The notes: a model not told the origin generated them from the sequence alone. A stretch of DNA of 64,000 bases from an uncultured Verrucomicrobiae bacterium (GCA_963837955.1 CAWIPH010000002.1:3648001-3712000); one strand, 5' to 3'; positions 27,928-38,205 are shown, numbered from the stretch's first letter. Translations and numbers: made by a program.

Positions 27928-29649
27928 TCATGCTTCCACCGGCACCAAGCTTTCCCTGTTCTTTAGTTCCTGGTGAAATTGCTCCGGTTTCGGTGCTGGA
28001 CCATTCACGTGCGTTCTTCCCCAGTAGGAAGAAAACGTCTCATCCGCGACGCGGTTACGGACGAAATCTTCGAGCAGTTTCCGTACTTTGATCGGAATCT
28101 CCGATTGGTGAATCGACTTTTCTTCGAGCCCGACCAGACGCTCACCGGTGATTGAGCCGCCAACAAACATCGCATACTTCGCCGGCGCACGACCAACGAA
28201 CGCGATATCGGCGTTATAAGGCCTCGCGCAACCGTTGGGGCAACCAGTCATGCGGATCAAGATTGGTTCATTCAAGAGCGAAAGATCGGCTAGAACCTTG
28301 TCGATTTCCGCCAGTACATCCGGAAAAACTCGTTCGCTCTCAGCCAACGCCAACCCGCAAGTGGGTAGCGCGACGCAAGCATGCGCCAGCTTTCGGGCGA
28401 CGCTCAACTTCGACAGACCAGGGATCCGGTACCTGACCAAAATCTCTTCTAACTGCGACTTTTGAGAGGGCTCGATGTCATGAAAAATAATATTGCAGTT
28501 CGCGGTCAACCGGACCGGCAATCGCATCGTTTCGGCGATTTCGCGAAAAGCGCTCCGATAGGCACCTTTTTCCGAATCTTGAATTCGTCCTTCCTCCACC
28601 CAAACTCCGCAAAACAGCTTGCCGTTCCCCTGCTCATGCCATCCCAGGAGATCGCCCACCGTAGTCCATCGCGCGGATCTCGCCGGCTCCAGCTTGAAAG
28701 AGAGGCGAGCACTGACCTCGTTTCGAAACCACTCGATCCCAGCCTCCTCGATCAAATATTTCAGCCGGGCGCGCCTGCGATCCGTCCGATTTCCGAAGTC
28801 TCGCTGCGTGGTCACCACGGCTTTCGCGACTTCGATCACTCGGGAGCGATCGACATAGCCGAGTGGCTGAGCCAACGCCGGGTAAGTGTCAATTTTGCCG
28901 TGCGACATGCCAAACCCGCCGCCGACCACAACGGTGTAACCCTTTGTCTCGCCCCCTTCGATATGCGCAATGAACCCGAGGTCATTGGAGTAGACGTCAA
29001 CATCGTTCCGCGGCGGAATCGCTATCGCTATCTTGAATTTACGCGGCAGATATTGCGGTCCGTACACGGGCTCAATTTCGCCATCCGGAGACTCCAAGCG
29101 CTCTCCATTCAGCCAAATCTCGGCGTAAGCCGCCGTCTTGGCTAAAAAGGTATCGCTGATCTCTTTGGCCAGCCGCTGCGCGTCGCCATGTGGCTGATCG
29201 TCGATTGGCGTGGCCGGTGCCAAGGTGTTGCGAACCACATCTCCGCAGGCTCCCCAAGTTGTGATCCCGCTTTCGTTAATCCGGCGAATACACGCTGGGA
29301 GATCTCCCTTGAGCACTCCGTGGATCTGGAATCCCTGGCGCGTAGTGATCCGCAAGGTGCCGTTGCCTAATTCGTCCGCAATGCGGTCGTGGTCCAGATA
29401 CTGGGCTGCCGACAAGGCACCACCGGGCAGCTTTGAGCGTACCATGAACATCCAAGCTTTATCCAAATTTTGCTGCTTGCGAGATGTGCGCTGATCTCGA
29501 TCATCCTGCTGATAGGTGCCATGGAACTTGAGCAGCTGGTATTCCTCGTCAGCAAAATGGCTTTGGTCGCTCTGCTGCAGGGTTTCGGCGATCTTCCCTC
29601 GTAAGGAGTGACTTTCTGCCTTAATTTCTTCAACGTTTTTAGCGGGCAT
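27928..29649 (-). CDS. cysI: Assimilatory sulfite reductase hemoprotein subunit (siroheme/4Fe-4S)
   Basis: KFHGTYQQDDRD, RITTRQ, GACGDVVRN, YLPRKFK, ACVALPTCGLA, MTGCPNGCARP. Confidence 0.92.
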   Translation of the reverse strand: MPAKNVEEIKAESHSLRGKIAETLQQSDQSHFADEEYQLLKFHGTYQQDDRDQRTSRKQQNLDKAWMFMVRSKLPGGALSAAQYLDHDRIADELGNGTLRITTRQGFQIHGVLKGDLPACIRRINESGITTWGACGDVVRNTLAPATPIDDQPHGDAQRLAKEISDTFLAKTAAYAEIWLNGERLESPDGEIEPVYGPQYLPRKFKIAIAIPPRNDVDVYSNDLGFIAHIEGGETKGYTVVVGGGFGMSHGKIDTYPALAQPLGYVDRSRVIEVAKAVVTTQRDFGNRTDRRRARLKYLIEEAGIEWFRNEVSARLSFKLEPARSARWTTVGDLLGWHEQGNGKLFCGVWVEEGRIQDSEKGAYRSAFREIAETMRLPVRLTANCNIIFHDIEPSQKSQLEEILVRYRIPGLSKLSVARKLAHACVALPTCGLALAESERVFPDVLAEIDKVLADLSLLNEPILIRMTGCPNGCARPYNADIAFVGRAPAKYAMFVGGSITGERLVGLEEKSIHQSEIPIKVRKLLEDFVRNRVADETFSSYWGRTHVNGPAPKPEQFHQELKNRESLVPVEA

Positions 29650-29774
29650 CGTGACTAAATGGTATTCCCTATAGGGATATAGTCTATTGCGCCTCAGCGC
29701 AAATTGATTGTACCACATCGAGTTTGAGTAGACTCGTGGCAGCCCAGCCGCTAAGCGCTATCTTGCGCCCGTCG

Positions 29775-30932
29775 ATGAGTGATTTCTTTCAGCACGGCCT
29801 GATCAGTACCCTCCACCAGTTGAACGAGCCGCTGCGCCATCGCGATCTCCCGGTTGGCCGCATCAAACTCGGGTTAATCCTGCCATGCCACTACCGGGAC
29901 CTCGGATCGGATACCCTCACCGGCATCATCCACACTCTCAATAAGTCCGCCTCCTTTGATCTGATCGTTATCACTATGAACGGGATACCCGAAGCCCACA
30001 CCGCGACAGTTGCTCATTTTTGGTCCCAACTGCGCTCTCCGCATCGGATTCTGTGGAACGATGACCCAAACCTCTCGGGATGGCTTACCGCCAAAGGCCT
30101 GCGTTCGACCCCAGGCAAGGGATTAAATCTCTGGATGGCGCTCGGATTCATCAGCCGGCACACCGATATTGGCGCGCTCGTCATGCACGACTGTGATATC
30201 AAGAACTACAGTGCGCAGCTGCCGTTCAGTCTAATCGATCCGGTCGTAACGCTCGGATATAAGTTCTGCAAGGGATACTATCCGAGGGTACAAGAGCAAC
30301 TCTACGGCCGGGTAACCCGCCTATTTGTGATCCCGCTCATGCGCTCGCTCGTTCGTGCGATCGGCCACTTTCCATTGCTCGACTTCATCGATTCCTTTCG
30401 CTATCCGCTCGCGGGCGAATGCGCACTGACTACTGATCTAGCGGTTCAGCTTCCGATCGAAAATGGCTGGGCGCTGGAGATCGGGTCGCTCTGCGAGGTT
30501 CACCGACTCCTGGAGCCCAGGGAAGTTTGCCAAGTCGATTTAGCAATTCTTTACGACCACAAACATCAAACCCTGGATCCAGATCAACCGCGGGAAGGGT
30601 TATTGGGGATGGTTTCCGACATCGCCTTGTCAGTTCTAAGCCACCTCGAACGCGAAGGTTGCAAATTCGATTCGGCCATCCTTGAGTCCATTTGCGAGGG
30701 ATATCAACAAGCAGCGGCAGATTTCGTTCGGCGATATCGGGATGTGGCTTTCTTTAACCAGATTCCGTTCGCCCAGTCTCGGGAAACGGAAATTTCCAGG
30801 CTCTTCCTGGAGCGCCTGCGAGAGGTCGCCGGCGAATTTGCTAACGGCGCTCGGACGTCGCCGCTTCCTCCATGGAACCAACTCTCGGAGCACACCGAGA
30901 CGCCTGATTTCCCGGTTCTAAGGGCGGATTAG
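29775..30932 (+). CDS. Glucosyl-3-phosphoglycerate synthase-like glycosyltransferase
   Basis: MSDFFQHGLISTLH, PGKGLNLW, HDCDI, KGYYPR, GRVTRL, FRYPLAGE, YDHKHQ. Confidence 0.8.
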   Translation: MSDFFQHGLISTLHQLNEPLRHRDLPVGRIKLGLILPCHYRDLGSDTLTGIIHTLNKSASFDLIVITMNGIPEAHTATVAHFWSQLRSPHRILWNDDPNLSGWLTAKGLRSTPGKGLNLWMALGFISRHTDIGALVMHDCDIKNYSAQLPFSLIDPVVTLGYKFCKGYYPRVQEQLYGRVTRLFVIPLMRSLVRAIGHFPLLDFIDSFRYPLAGECALTTDLAVQLPIENGWALEIGSLCEVHRLLEPREVCQVDLAILYDHKHQTLDPDQPREGLLGMVSDIALSVLSHLEREGCKFDSAILESICEGYQQAAADFVRRYRDVAFFNQIPFAQSRETEISRLFLERLREVAGEFANGARTSPLPPWNQLSEHTETPDFPVLRAD

Positions 30933-30989
30933 GCGTCGACTGATCGGCGAAACACGCCCACGATCGGTGGGCCAACGCCCTCAGGTACA

Positions 30990-31135
30990 AAAACGGTCGG
31001 CTCAAGCCGATCCCGCTGAGACGGAATCAGGCCCGCCGCCGCTACGCTTTGGCGCGGCCCTCAGATTTCGATTAACTGTATACCGTAAGTCCAGGCCGCG
31101 ACGTAGGCTTGGCGGAGTCGGGCTTTCGCCCTACC
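30990..31135. repeat. Family A right arm interrupted by a ~91-nt insert (31033-31123)
   Basis: CGGCTCAAGCCGATCCCGCTGAGACGGAATCAGGC[insert]TTTCGCCCTACC, versus the uninterrupted arm at 1072-1118. Confidence 0.8.
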
Positions 31136-31267
31136 AATGGGGACGGTCGCCACGAGGCTGCTGCCTTGGCAGTTGCTCAACCGGAGATCTGCTGATATTT
31201 GAGCATGGGAGGACGAAGGCGGACAAGCCATGGGCCCTCCCACCCTAGAATCCAACTAAAACGACGT

Positions 31268-32074
31268 ATGCTCTCATTTACCAAAATGAATGGTGCCGGG
31301 AATGATTTCGTTCTGTTGGATAACCGTTCCGGACATCTTCGGCTGAACTCGGACGAAATCGCTTTTCTTTGCGATCGGCATCGCGGCGTCGGCGGAGACG
31401 GAGTGCTCTTACTGGAGAAGACCTCCAACGGCGCGGATTTCCGAATGCGATATTACAACAGTGATGGGGGTGAGGCCGAGATGTGCGGTAATGGTGCTCG
31501 CTGCTTTGCTCGGTTTGCCAGCAAGCTTGCTGGGCCATTTTCCGAGCTTAGCTTTGAAACGCAGGCCGGGGTCATTCGGGCGAAACTCGATGGCGAGAAA
31601 GTGACCGTAAATCTCGGCTCCGCTCACGGGCTTGCCCTAAATCGGAAGCTAGAAGTAGGAGGAAAAGAAGTCACCGTACATTTGGTAAATACAGGGGTTC
31701 CGCACGCGGTCATGATGGTCGACGATCTCGAGGCGGCTCCGGTATTCGAGCTGGGTAAAGCGATTCGTTATCATCCAGAATTTCGTCCAAAAGGAACGAA
31801 TGTAAATTTTGTGAAAGAGACTGCGCCGGGGAAAATCGCTATTCGCACCTATGAACGAGGTGTTGAAGCGGAAACTCTGGCCTGTGGTACAGGTGTAACC
31901 GCCGCTGCTTTGATTTTTAGCCGGCTGCGATCGGTCGACAGTCCGATCAGAATAAAGGTTAGAGGCGGCGATTGGCTGGAAGTCGCTTTTGTTCGTGCTG
32001 GTGAAGAATTTCGCGATGTGGCATTAATGGGTCCAGCCGATTTCGCTTTTGAGGGAGCCATCGAACTGCCTTAA
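31268..32074 (+). CDS. dapF: Diaminopimelate epimerase
   Basis: KMNGAGNDF, EMCGNG, NTGVPH, ERGVEAETLACGTG. Confidence 0.96.
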   Translation: MLSFTKMNGAGNDFVLLDNRSGHLRLNSDEIAFLCDRHRGVGGDGVLLLEKTSNGADFRMRYYNSDGGEAEMCGNGARCFARFASKLAGPFSELSFETQAGVIRAKLDGEKVTVNLGSAHGLALNRKLEVGGKEVTVHLVNTGVPHAVMMVDDLEAAPVFELGKAIRYHPEFRPKGTNVNFVKETAPGKIAIRTYERGVEAETLACGTGVTAAALIFSRLRSVDSPIRIKVRGGDWLEVAFVRAGEEFRDVALMGPADFAFEGAIELP

Positions 32075-32086
32075 CCCGGAGATTAT

Positions 32087-32962
32087 ATGTTTACTGGAAC
32101 TTATACCGCGCTCGTGACCCCGTTTAAAGCCGGAGCGCTTGACGAAGCCGCGTATCGCCGATTGATCGATTTCCAGATTGATAACGGCGTGAGTGGTATC
32201 GTTCCGACTGGCTCAACCGGAGAAGCGGCTACCCTCGACCAGGAGGAGCATCTTCGGACTATTGAGATTGCGGTCAGCCAAGCAAAAGGGCGATGCCGGG
32301 TGATTGCCGGGACCGGTTCGAATTCGACGCGGGAAGCGGTCGAACTGTCGGTCGGCGCAGCAAAGTTGGGAGTCGATGCGGTGCTTCTGGCAAGTCCTTA
32401 CTACAACAAGCCAACTCCGGAAGGAATCTATCGCCATTTCAAAGCTGTGAGCGAGGCGACTGACGTCTCGATCATGCTGTATAACGTTCCAAGCCGGACA
32501 GCGAGCGAGATCGACGTGGAAACTTGTGTGAGGCTGGTGCGAGAATGTAAGAACGTCGTTTCAATCAAAGAAGCGGGAGGCAACTGCGACCGCGTTTCCG
32601 CTCTCCGGAGCGCCCTTCCCCCTGAGTTTAGCATCTTATCCGGCGACGACCCCTTAACGCTTCCGTTTATGGCCGTAGGGGCTGTCGGCGTAGTCAGTGT
32701 TGCTTCGAACGTGATTCCGAAGCAGGTGAGCGAGATGGTCGAGGCCTTTCTGACCGGACATATTCAGGAAGCCAGAGATCTCCATCTCCGCTATTACCCA
32801 ATCTTTAAGGACCTGTTTATCGAGTCCAACCCTATCCCGGTCAAAGCAGCTCTCGCTGCCATGGGAATGATTGAAGCGGAATACCGTTTACCACTCTGCG
32901 AGATGCGACCTGGTAACCTGGATCGACTAAAGCGAACACTCGCAGCCGCGAAGTTGATATGA
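32087..32962 (+). CDS. dapA: 4-hydroxy-tetrahydrodipicolinate synthase
   Basis: GSTGE, PYYNKP, YNVPSRT, IKEAGG, ESNPIPVK; lies between dapF and dapB. Confidence 0.96.
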   Translation: MFTGTYTALVTPFKAGALDEAAYRRLIDFQIDNGVSGIVPTGSTGEAATLDQEEHLRTIEIAVSQAKGRCRVIAGTGSNSTREAVELSVGAAKLGVDAVLLASPYYNKPTPEGIYRHFKAVSEATDVSIMLYNVPSRTASEIDVETCVRLVRECKNVVSIKEAGGNCDRVSALRSALPPEFSILSGDDPLTLPFMAVGAVGVVSVASNVIPKQVSEMVEAFLTGHIQEARDLHLRYYPIFKDLFIESNPIPVKAALAAMGMIEAEYRLPLCEMRPGNLDRLKRTLAAAKLI

Positions 32963-33690
32963 CGCGTCTTCTTGTCCAAGGCGGATCCGGCCGCCTTGGC
33001 CAAATCATCGTTCGACTCGCTGAGCAATCGGACAATTGGAAAGTAACTGCGCCGGCCAAAGATGCTCACCTAGAACCTTTGGTGGCAGAGACTGAAGTGG
33101 GCATCGACGTCAGCGTTCCGGAGGCTTCTGTTCGGTTGGCATTGGTCTGTGAGCGCTATGGCCGTCCCTTGGTCATTGGCACCACGGGACACTCTGCGGC
33201 GCAACTGAAAGCCATAGATGCAGCTTCGGCATCTTGTCCTATCCTGGTCGCTCCCAATTTCAGTGTCGGTGTAAACGTTCTCTTTTGGCTAACTCGCGAA
33301 ACGGCGAAGATTCTGGGCGAAGGGTTTGATGCCGAAGTGGTCGAGATGCACCATAGGCTGAAAAAAGACGCGCCCAGCGGGACTGCGAAGCGCATCGGTG
33401 AGATTATTGCTGAAGTGGGGTCAACGGCCTACGAGCGCGCCGTTCGTCACGGGAGGCAAGGGATAGTCGGCGAGCGATCCGCCCAAGAGATCGGCATGCA
33501 TGCTGTACGAGGTGGAAGCGTGGTGGGTGAACATACCGTGGTGTTCGCTGGTGACGGCGAACGAATTGAGCTGATCCACCGCGCAGCCAGTCGTGACACT
33601 TTCGCGCATGGAGCGTTGCGCGCTGCGCAGTGGTTAGTCGGACGGGCGCCAGGGAAGTACGATATGCAGGACGTTCTCGGCTTGAGGTGA
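32959..33690 (+). CDS. dapB: 4-hydroxy-tetrahydrodipicolinate reductase
   Basis: IGTTG, APNFSVGVN, EMHHRLKKDAPSGTA, RGGSVVGEH. Confidence 0.96.
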   Translation: MTRLLVQGGSGRLGQIIVRLAEQSDNWKVTAPAKDAHLEPLVAETEVGIDVSVPEASVRLALVCERYGRPLVIGTTGHSAAQLKAIDAASASCPILVAPNFSVGVNVLFWLTRETAKILGEGFDAEVVEMHHRLKKDAPSGTAKRIGEIIAEVGSTAYERAVRHGRQGIVGERSAQEIGMHAVRGGSVVGEHTVVFAGDGERIELIHRAASRDTFAHGALRAAQWLVGRAPGKYDMQDVLGLR

Positions 33691-33767
33691 GGACCGCGAG
33701 CCGCAATTGCGCTCCATAATTTTTGTTAACCCAAAAACCGAGGAACCCGGATTCTAGGTTAATCCAC

Positions 33768-34274
33768 ATGCGCACAGGAATTGGACTCGGTTCAAACGTC
33801 GGCGATCGACTGGCGCATCTGCACCAAGCGCTTCGCCGGATCAGAAACTTACAAACAGCAGCTGAGCCACCTCGGGTTTCAAGCATCTTCGAAACGAATC
33901 CGATCGACTGCGCACCAGGAACCAGCGCCTACCTGAACGCAGCCGTGGAGATTCAGTTCGACGGACCTCCCATCGTACTACTCGACGCCTTACTTCGTAT
34001 CGAACGAGAGATGGGGCGGCCGTCCAAACGCCCGCGCAACGCCCCGCGAACGATTGACTTGGACGTGCTGTACGTCGGGAATTTGATTTTAAACAATCCG
34101 GAGATCATTATTCCTCATCCACGTTTACCGCAGCGCCGTTTCGTGCTCGCTCCCCTATCCGAAATTGCCCCCGACCTCATTTTGCCTGGTCAAACAAAGA
34201 CGATTCGAACCTTACTGGAGAATCTGACCGACAACGAGCAGGTGATGCGTATTGAATCTCAGTTGGAGACTTGA
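33768..34274 (+). CDS. folK: HPPK (6-hydroxymethyl-7,8-dihydropterin pyrophosphokinase)
   Basis: GLGSNVGDR, YLNAA, PRTIDLDVL, IPHPRL, RRFVLAPL. Confidence 0.95.
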   Translation: MRTGIGLGSNVGDRLAHLHQALRRIRNLQTAAEPPRVSSIFETNPIDCAPGTSAYLNAAVEIQFDGPPIVLLDALLRIEREMGRPSKRPRNAPRTIDLDVLYVGNLILNNPEIIIPHPRLPQRRFVLAPLSEIAPDLILPGQTKTIRTLLENLTDNEQVMRIESQLET

Positions 34275-34275
34275 T

Positions 34276-35055
34276 GTGAATAGAATGACCCCCGAGGCAG
34301 TTCGCCAGGCAAAAGGCCAAGGTGTAACGGCTGTCACCGCCTACGATTACCCGACGGCTCGCTTGTTAGATGAAGCGGGAGTGCAAGTTCTGCTGGTTGG
34401 AGATTCGCTGGGCATGGTTGTGCTGGGATTGCCCGACACAACCGGGGTCGTATTAAGTGATATACTTCACCATGTTCGAGCGGTCAGCCGGGGCGTATCT
34501 CGTTCGCTTGTCGTCGCCGATCTGCCAATTAACACCTATCGAAGCCCTGCGGATGCAATGGCTAACGCCAAGCGGTTAGCTGACGCTGGAGCGGACGCGG
34601 TGAAGCTGGAGGGCGGCCAAGCACAGAGTGCGCAAATCCGGGCGATCACTGACTCCGGCATAGCAGTAATGGGCCATATTGGGATGTTGCCACAGCATAT
34701 TCGCGAGGAGGGCGGTTATCATCGGAAGGGCAAAACGGATGCCGAGAAACAGTTTCTGCTCGATGAGGCCAAAGCGGTTGAGGCGGCTGGTGCATTTGCG
34801 GTCGTGCTCGAGCTGGTGCAATCGAAAGTCGCGGGTGACATCACTCGATCCATTTCAATCCCAACTATCGGTATCGGTTCCGGGCTAGAATGCGACGGGC
34901 AGATCTTAGTGTTTCACGATCTTGTCGGATATTCGCCCTGGTTCATCCCGAAGCATGTGCAGCCACAGGCGAAAGTTGGCGAAGAAATCACGCGAGCCGC
35001 CAAGGCGTTCATCGCGAGCGTGAAGGAGAGGAAGGCGGTGATTGGTGATCGGTAA
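34276..35055 (+). CDS. panB: 3-methyl-2-oxobutanoate hydroxymethyltransferase
   Basis: TAYDY, LVGDSLGM, VKLEGG, MGHIG, IGIGSG, GQILVFHD. Confidence 0.95.
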   Translation: MNRMTPEAVRQAKGQGVTAVTAYDYPTARLLDEAGVQVLLVGDSLGMVVLGLPDTTGVVLSDILHHVRAVSRGVSRSLVVADLPINTYRSPADAMANAKRLADAGADAVKLEGGQAQSAQIRAITDSGIAVMGHIGMLPQHIREEGGYHRKGKTDAEKQFLLDEAKAVEAAGAFAVVLELVQSKVAGDITRSISIPTIGIGSGLECDGQILVFHDLVGYSPWFIPKHVQPQAKVGEEITRAAKAFIASVKERKAVIGDR

Positions 35056-35383
35056 TCGGTAATCAGTAATCAGTGATCGGTGGCGAGGGATAAAGCGCCG
35101 AAGGTGCGCGTCAAGACAGCCTAGGCGAAGCCCTAGGAATCCGATCCCCCCGGGCGCCAAGCGCTGAAGGTGCGTTTCAGCGTATTGCCACATGAAACGT
35201 CATAGTGCGCACAACATAACAACGTTATACATATGTGTTGTTGTCGCGCGCTTTCAGCGCTTTATCGCCTGTTTTTCCGATTCCTAGGGTTCCGCCTAGG
35301 CTATCTTGAAACGCGCCCTTGGCGCTACGGTCTAATCACCGATCACCGATCACCGATCACTGATCACTGATTACTGATTACCG
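35038..35383. repeat. Large nested palindrome: inverted heptamer arrays around a family E element
   Basis: GT(G/A)AT(C/T)(A/G) units at 35038-35079 and inverse units at 35333-35383. Core AGCCTAGGCGAAGCCCTAGGAATC ... TTCCTAGGGTTCCGCCTAGGCT. Confidence 0.85.
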
Positions 35384-35392
35384 ACACCAACC

Positions 35393-36352
35393 TCATCCTT
35401 CCAGAACCTGGCCCATCTGCCGAAACTTCTCGTAACGCTCAATCGGTAGACGATCTCTGGGCTTCTTCCGAAGGAGTTCTACGTTGGCTAACAAAGCTGC
35501 CTTCAAGTTGGCCGCAGCCTGCTCATGATTTACTTGGGCGCCGCCAATCGGTTCAGCGATAACATCGTCAATGAGCTGTAGGCTCTTCAAATCTTGGGCA
35601 GTTAGTTTGAGCGCCTCTGCCGCTTCCGGTGCGTGGTTTCGATGCTTCCAGAGGATTGCGGCGCAACCTTCCGGGCTGATAACCGAATAGTAGGCATTCT
35701 CAAGCATCAACACGCGGTCAGCGACTCCGATTCCCAGCGCACCTCCTGAGCCTCCCTCCCCTATTACCACCGCGACGATCGGCGTTCGAAGCATCATCAT
35801 CTCACGTAAGTTGACTGCGATAGACTCTGAGATGTGACGCTCCTCCGCGCCTACTCCCGGATAAGCTCCCGGCGTGTCTATCAGAGTGATGATCGGCAAA
35901 CCAAACTTGGCAGCCAATCGCATCAGCCGGAGCGCTTTCCGATATCCTTCCGGATGGGCGCTGCCAAAATTCCGACGGATGTTCTCCTTGGTATCCCGTC
36001 CTTTTTGATGCGCCACCACCATGCAGCGATACGGCCCAAGCATGGCAAATCCGCCGGGCATCGCTTGGTCGTCGCCAAACAAGCGATCCCCATGTAGCTC
36101 GATGAAATCGCTGAACGTTAGCTTCAGATAGTCTAAGGCGAACGGGCGAGCCGTATGTCGAGCGATCAAGACTCGCTGCCAAGCTGTCAGATTCTGATAA
36201 ATCTCTTTGCGCGTCTCCTCGATCTTGCTTTCCATTGCCTGGACCTCGCGTTCAAGATCGATAGCCTGTAGTTTCGTATGTTTCTTGATCTCCTCGAGTT
36301 GCTTTTCCAATTCGACGATCGGCTTTTCGAATTCCAAAGGGTAGGGCTTCAT
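35393..36352 (-). CDS. accA: Acetyl-CoA carboxylase carboxyltransferase alpha subunit
   Basis: LEFEKPI, ELHGDR, HQKGRDT, PEGYRKA, DTPGAYPG, GEGGSGGALG, SVISPEGCA. Confidence 0.97.
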   Translation of the reverse strand: MKPYPLEFEKPIVELEKQLEEIKKHTKLQAIDLEREVQAMESKIEETRKEIYQNLTAWQRVLIARHTARPFALDYLKLTFSDFIELHGDRLFGDDQAMPGGFAMLGPYRCMVVAHQKGRDTKENIRRNFGSAHPEGYRKALRLMRLAAKFGLPIITLIDTPGAYPGVGAEERHISESIAVNLREMMMLRTPIVAVVIGEGGSGGALGIGVADRVLMLENAYYSVISPEGCAAILWKHRNHAPEAAEALKLTAQDLKSLQLIDDVIAEPIGGAQVNHEQAAANLKAALLANVELLRKKPRDRLPIERYEKFRQMGQVLEG

Positions 36353-37179
36353 CGAATGGTGACCGGAGAATCTTTACCGATTAATGAATACAATTCCTCC
36401 ATTTCGTCCGCGGAAATTTCAATGCCAGACTTTGGTTTTTGGGCATTCGGATTGGAGGGATTGGTCTCAGAATAAATTGTGGTATTGCCGGTATTCAGAA
36501 CGATCCACCGACTACTTCCCAAATAATTTTTGCCACCAAAAGCGACCGGTGCACCTGCTGACCAGGCTTCTTTGCCGATGACCTTAAATTGTCCGGGAGT
36601 CGCATTCGCTGGGAGGTGATAATCGATCGGCTTGTACCACTTGAAGAAGGCGCCGTGATTTAACAGCGTAATGTCTTTGTTAGCGAGGCTGATCTGAAGG
36701 TTAAATTGACCGGACGGAATAATTAATATCTGACCTGGGTGGAGCATTAGACTTTCCAGCCCGTTGGCTTTGAATATGAGCTCTGGTGCCGCTTTGGTTT
36801 TTCCAGAGATTCTCGCGATCGAGTCGCCCCGAGCAACCACATAATTTGTCTTGGTCGGATTCGCGTCGGAGAAAAATTGGCGAATGTTCAAGTCGCCCAC
36901 CATTTTCTTGGCGTCACCGGCTTTGGTCGAAGTTGGAAAGTTCTGGAAAATAGAAATGAGTAATTGTTTGGCTTGGTCGTTGTCCCCTTTGGCCATTAAT
37001 TGTTGTGCTTGGCTGAGAAGGGCAATGCCGGGATCGGGTGTCGGTGTCACTACTGGCTGATTTCCGGCGGAGGGTTTGCCGGCTTTTTTGAAAAACAATT
37101 CATAGGCGGAGAAAGCTCCGCCCCCAAATATCAGAATGACCAGGAAACCAATGACACCGATCTTCCAGAAGACACTCAT
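36349..37179 (-). CDS. Membrane-anchored LysM-domain protein
   Basis: N-terminal TM, TPR-like helix pair, LysM YVVARGDSIARIS...ANGL...LHPGQILIIP. Confidence 0.75.
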   Translation of the reverse strand: MSVFWKIGVIGFLVILIFGGGAFSAYELFFKKAGKPSAGNQPVVTPTPDPGIALLSQAQQLMAKGDNDQAKQLLISIFQNFPTSTKAGDAKKMVGDLNIRQFFSDANPTKTNYVVARGDSIARISGKTKAAPELIFKANGLESLMLHPGQILIIPSGQFNLQISLANKDITLLNHGAFFKWYKPIDYHLPANATPGQFKVIGKEAWSAGAPVAFGGKNYLGSSRWIVLNTGNTTIYSETNPSNPNAQKPKSGIEISADEMEELYSLIGKDSPVTIR

Positions 37180-37241
37180 TCAGGGGAACATGATATAGCC
37201 TACGCCGCATTAAGCGGCCGAAGCGGCCGCAATTCAAGGGT

Positions 37242-37760
37242 TTATAGCAACCCTTTGCGCCGAAAATCGAACCAATTGATTTGCGCGGATTGTTCGACCA
37301 ATTCGAACGTGAACTTCAACAAACAGATCTCCCAACCTTCATCGACGCCACGAATGATGGCACTACCGCTTCGCTCCGAATCTGGCAGCTGACTAATGAC
37401 GCGATCGAGTACCGCTTCAAGCGAGTCGTGAACTAAATCTTCGGAAACATTGTCTTTCCGGATCTGAAATCCGTACTTAAGGAACGCAGCGTTGCGCGCT
37501 TGCAGCATTTGAGCAAAGTCGTTGGCGGCGTCACCGAAACCATCAAGCAAAAGCTTGGTCAGATTATCAGGAGTTAACAGCTTCGGTCGATCAGCCTGGA
37601 TGCGGCCGGCTCGCACTCGGATCTCGTTGACCTTGTCCATCAATTCGGTGACGAGATAGAAATGAAAGCTAGTTGTTCCGAAGGATTCGATTCGCCGATC
37701 GGGCGAATGAATCACTTTCGTGTTCTCCAGCGCGTACTGGATGTCGGTTCCCGAGTACAT
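37242..37760 (-). CDS. Hypothetical protein
   Basis: 172-aa ORF with ATG start, co-oriented between acpP and the LysM gene. Confidence 0.75.
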   Translation of the reverse strand: MYSGTDIQYALENTKVIHSPDRRIESFGTTSFHFYLVTELMDKVNEIRVRAGRIQADRPKLLTPDNLTKLLLDGFGDAANDFAQMLQARNAAFLKYGFQIRKDNVSEDLVHDSLEAVLDRVISQLPDSERSGSAIIRGVDEGWEICLLKFTFELVEQSAQINWFDFRRKGLL

Positions 37761-37861
37761 AGGTAAAAGTCGCTATACTAGCCTATTTCGCTTCAGAAAC
37801 AATATCGCGCTCATTGTCTCTCTGGTCTAGAAGACCCGGCATCAGAAACCCTGCGGTATCG

Positions 37862-37895
37862 AAAAACGAAAAACACGGTGGGAGAACCCACCGTG
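37862..37895 (-). terminator. Probable rho-independent terminator after acpP
   Basis: Minus strand CACGGTGGG-TTCT-CCCACCGTG followed by TTTTTCGTTTTT. Confidence 0.7.
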
Positions 37896-37962
37896 CTGCA
37901 AAAATAGCGGTGCATCCTGGCAGTTCCCGAGAGCCCTGAACCGCCAAAGGGTGTACCACCCG

Positions 37963-38205
37963 TCACTTCGCGCGCTCTTCGATATAGCGGATCACGTCGC
38001 CAACTGTCTGCAGCTTTTCGGCATCTTCGTCAGGTACTTCGACCGAAAACTCTTCCTCGAAGGCCATCACGAGCTCTACCGTATCGAGCGAGTCAGCGCC
38101 GAGATCCTCGATAAAAGAAGCGTTAGGCGTAACCTGTTCCGGATTTACGCCGAGTTGTTCGACGATGATCTCCTTCACTTTATCTTCTATGGATTTCTCA
38201 GACAT
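37963..38205 (-). CDS. acpP: Acyl carrier protein
   Basis: [21 protein letters not shown]. Confidence 0.97.
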   Translation of the reverse strand: MSEKSIEDKVKEIIVEQLGVNPEQVTPNASFIEDLGADSLDTVELVMAFEEEFSVEVPDEDAEKLQTVGDVIRYIEERAK

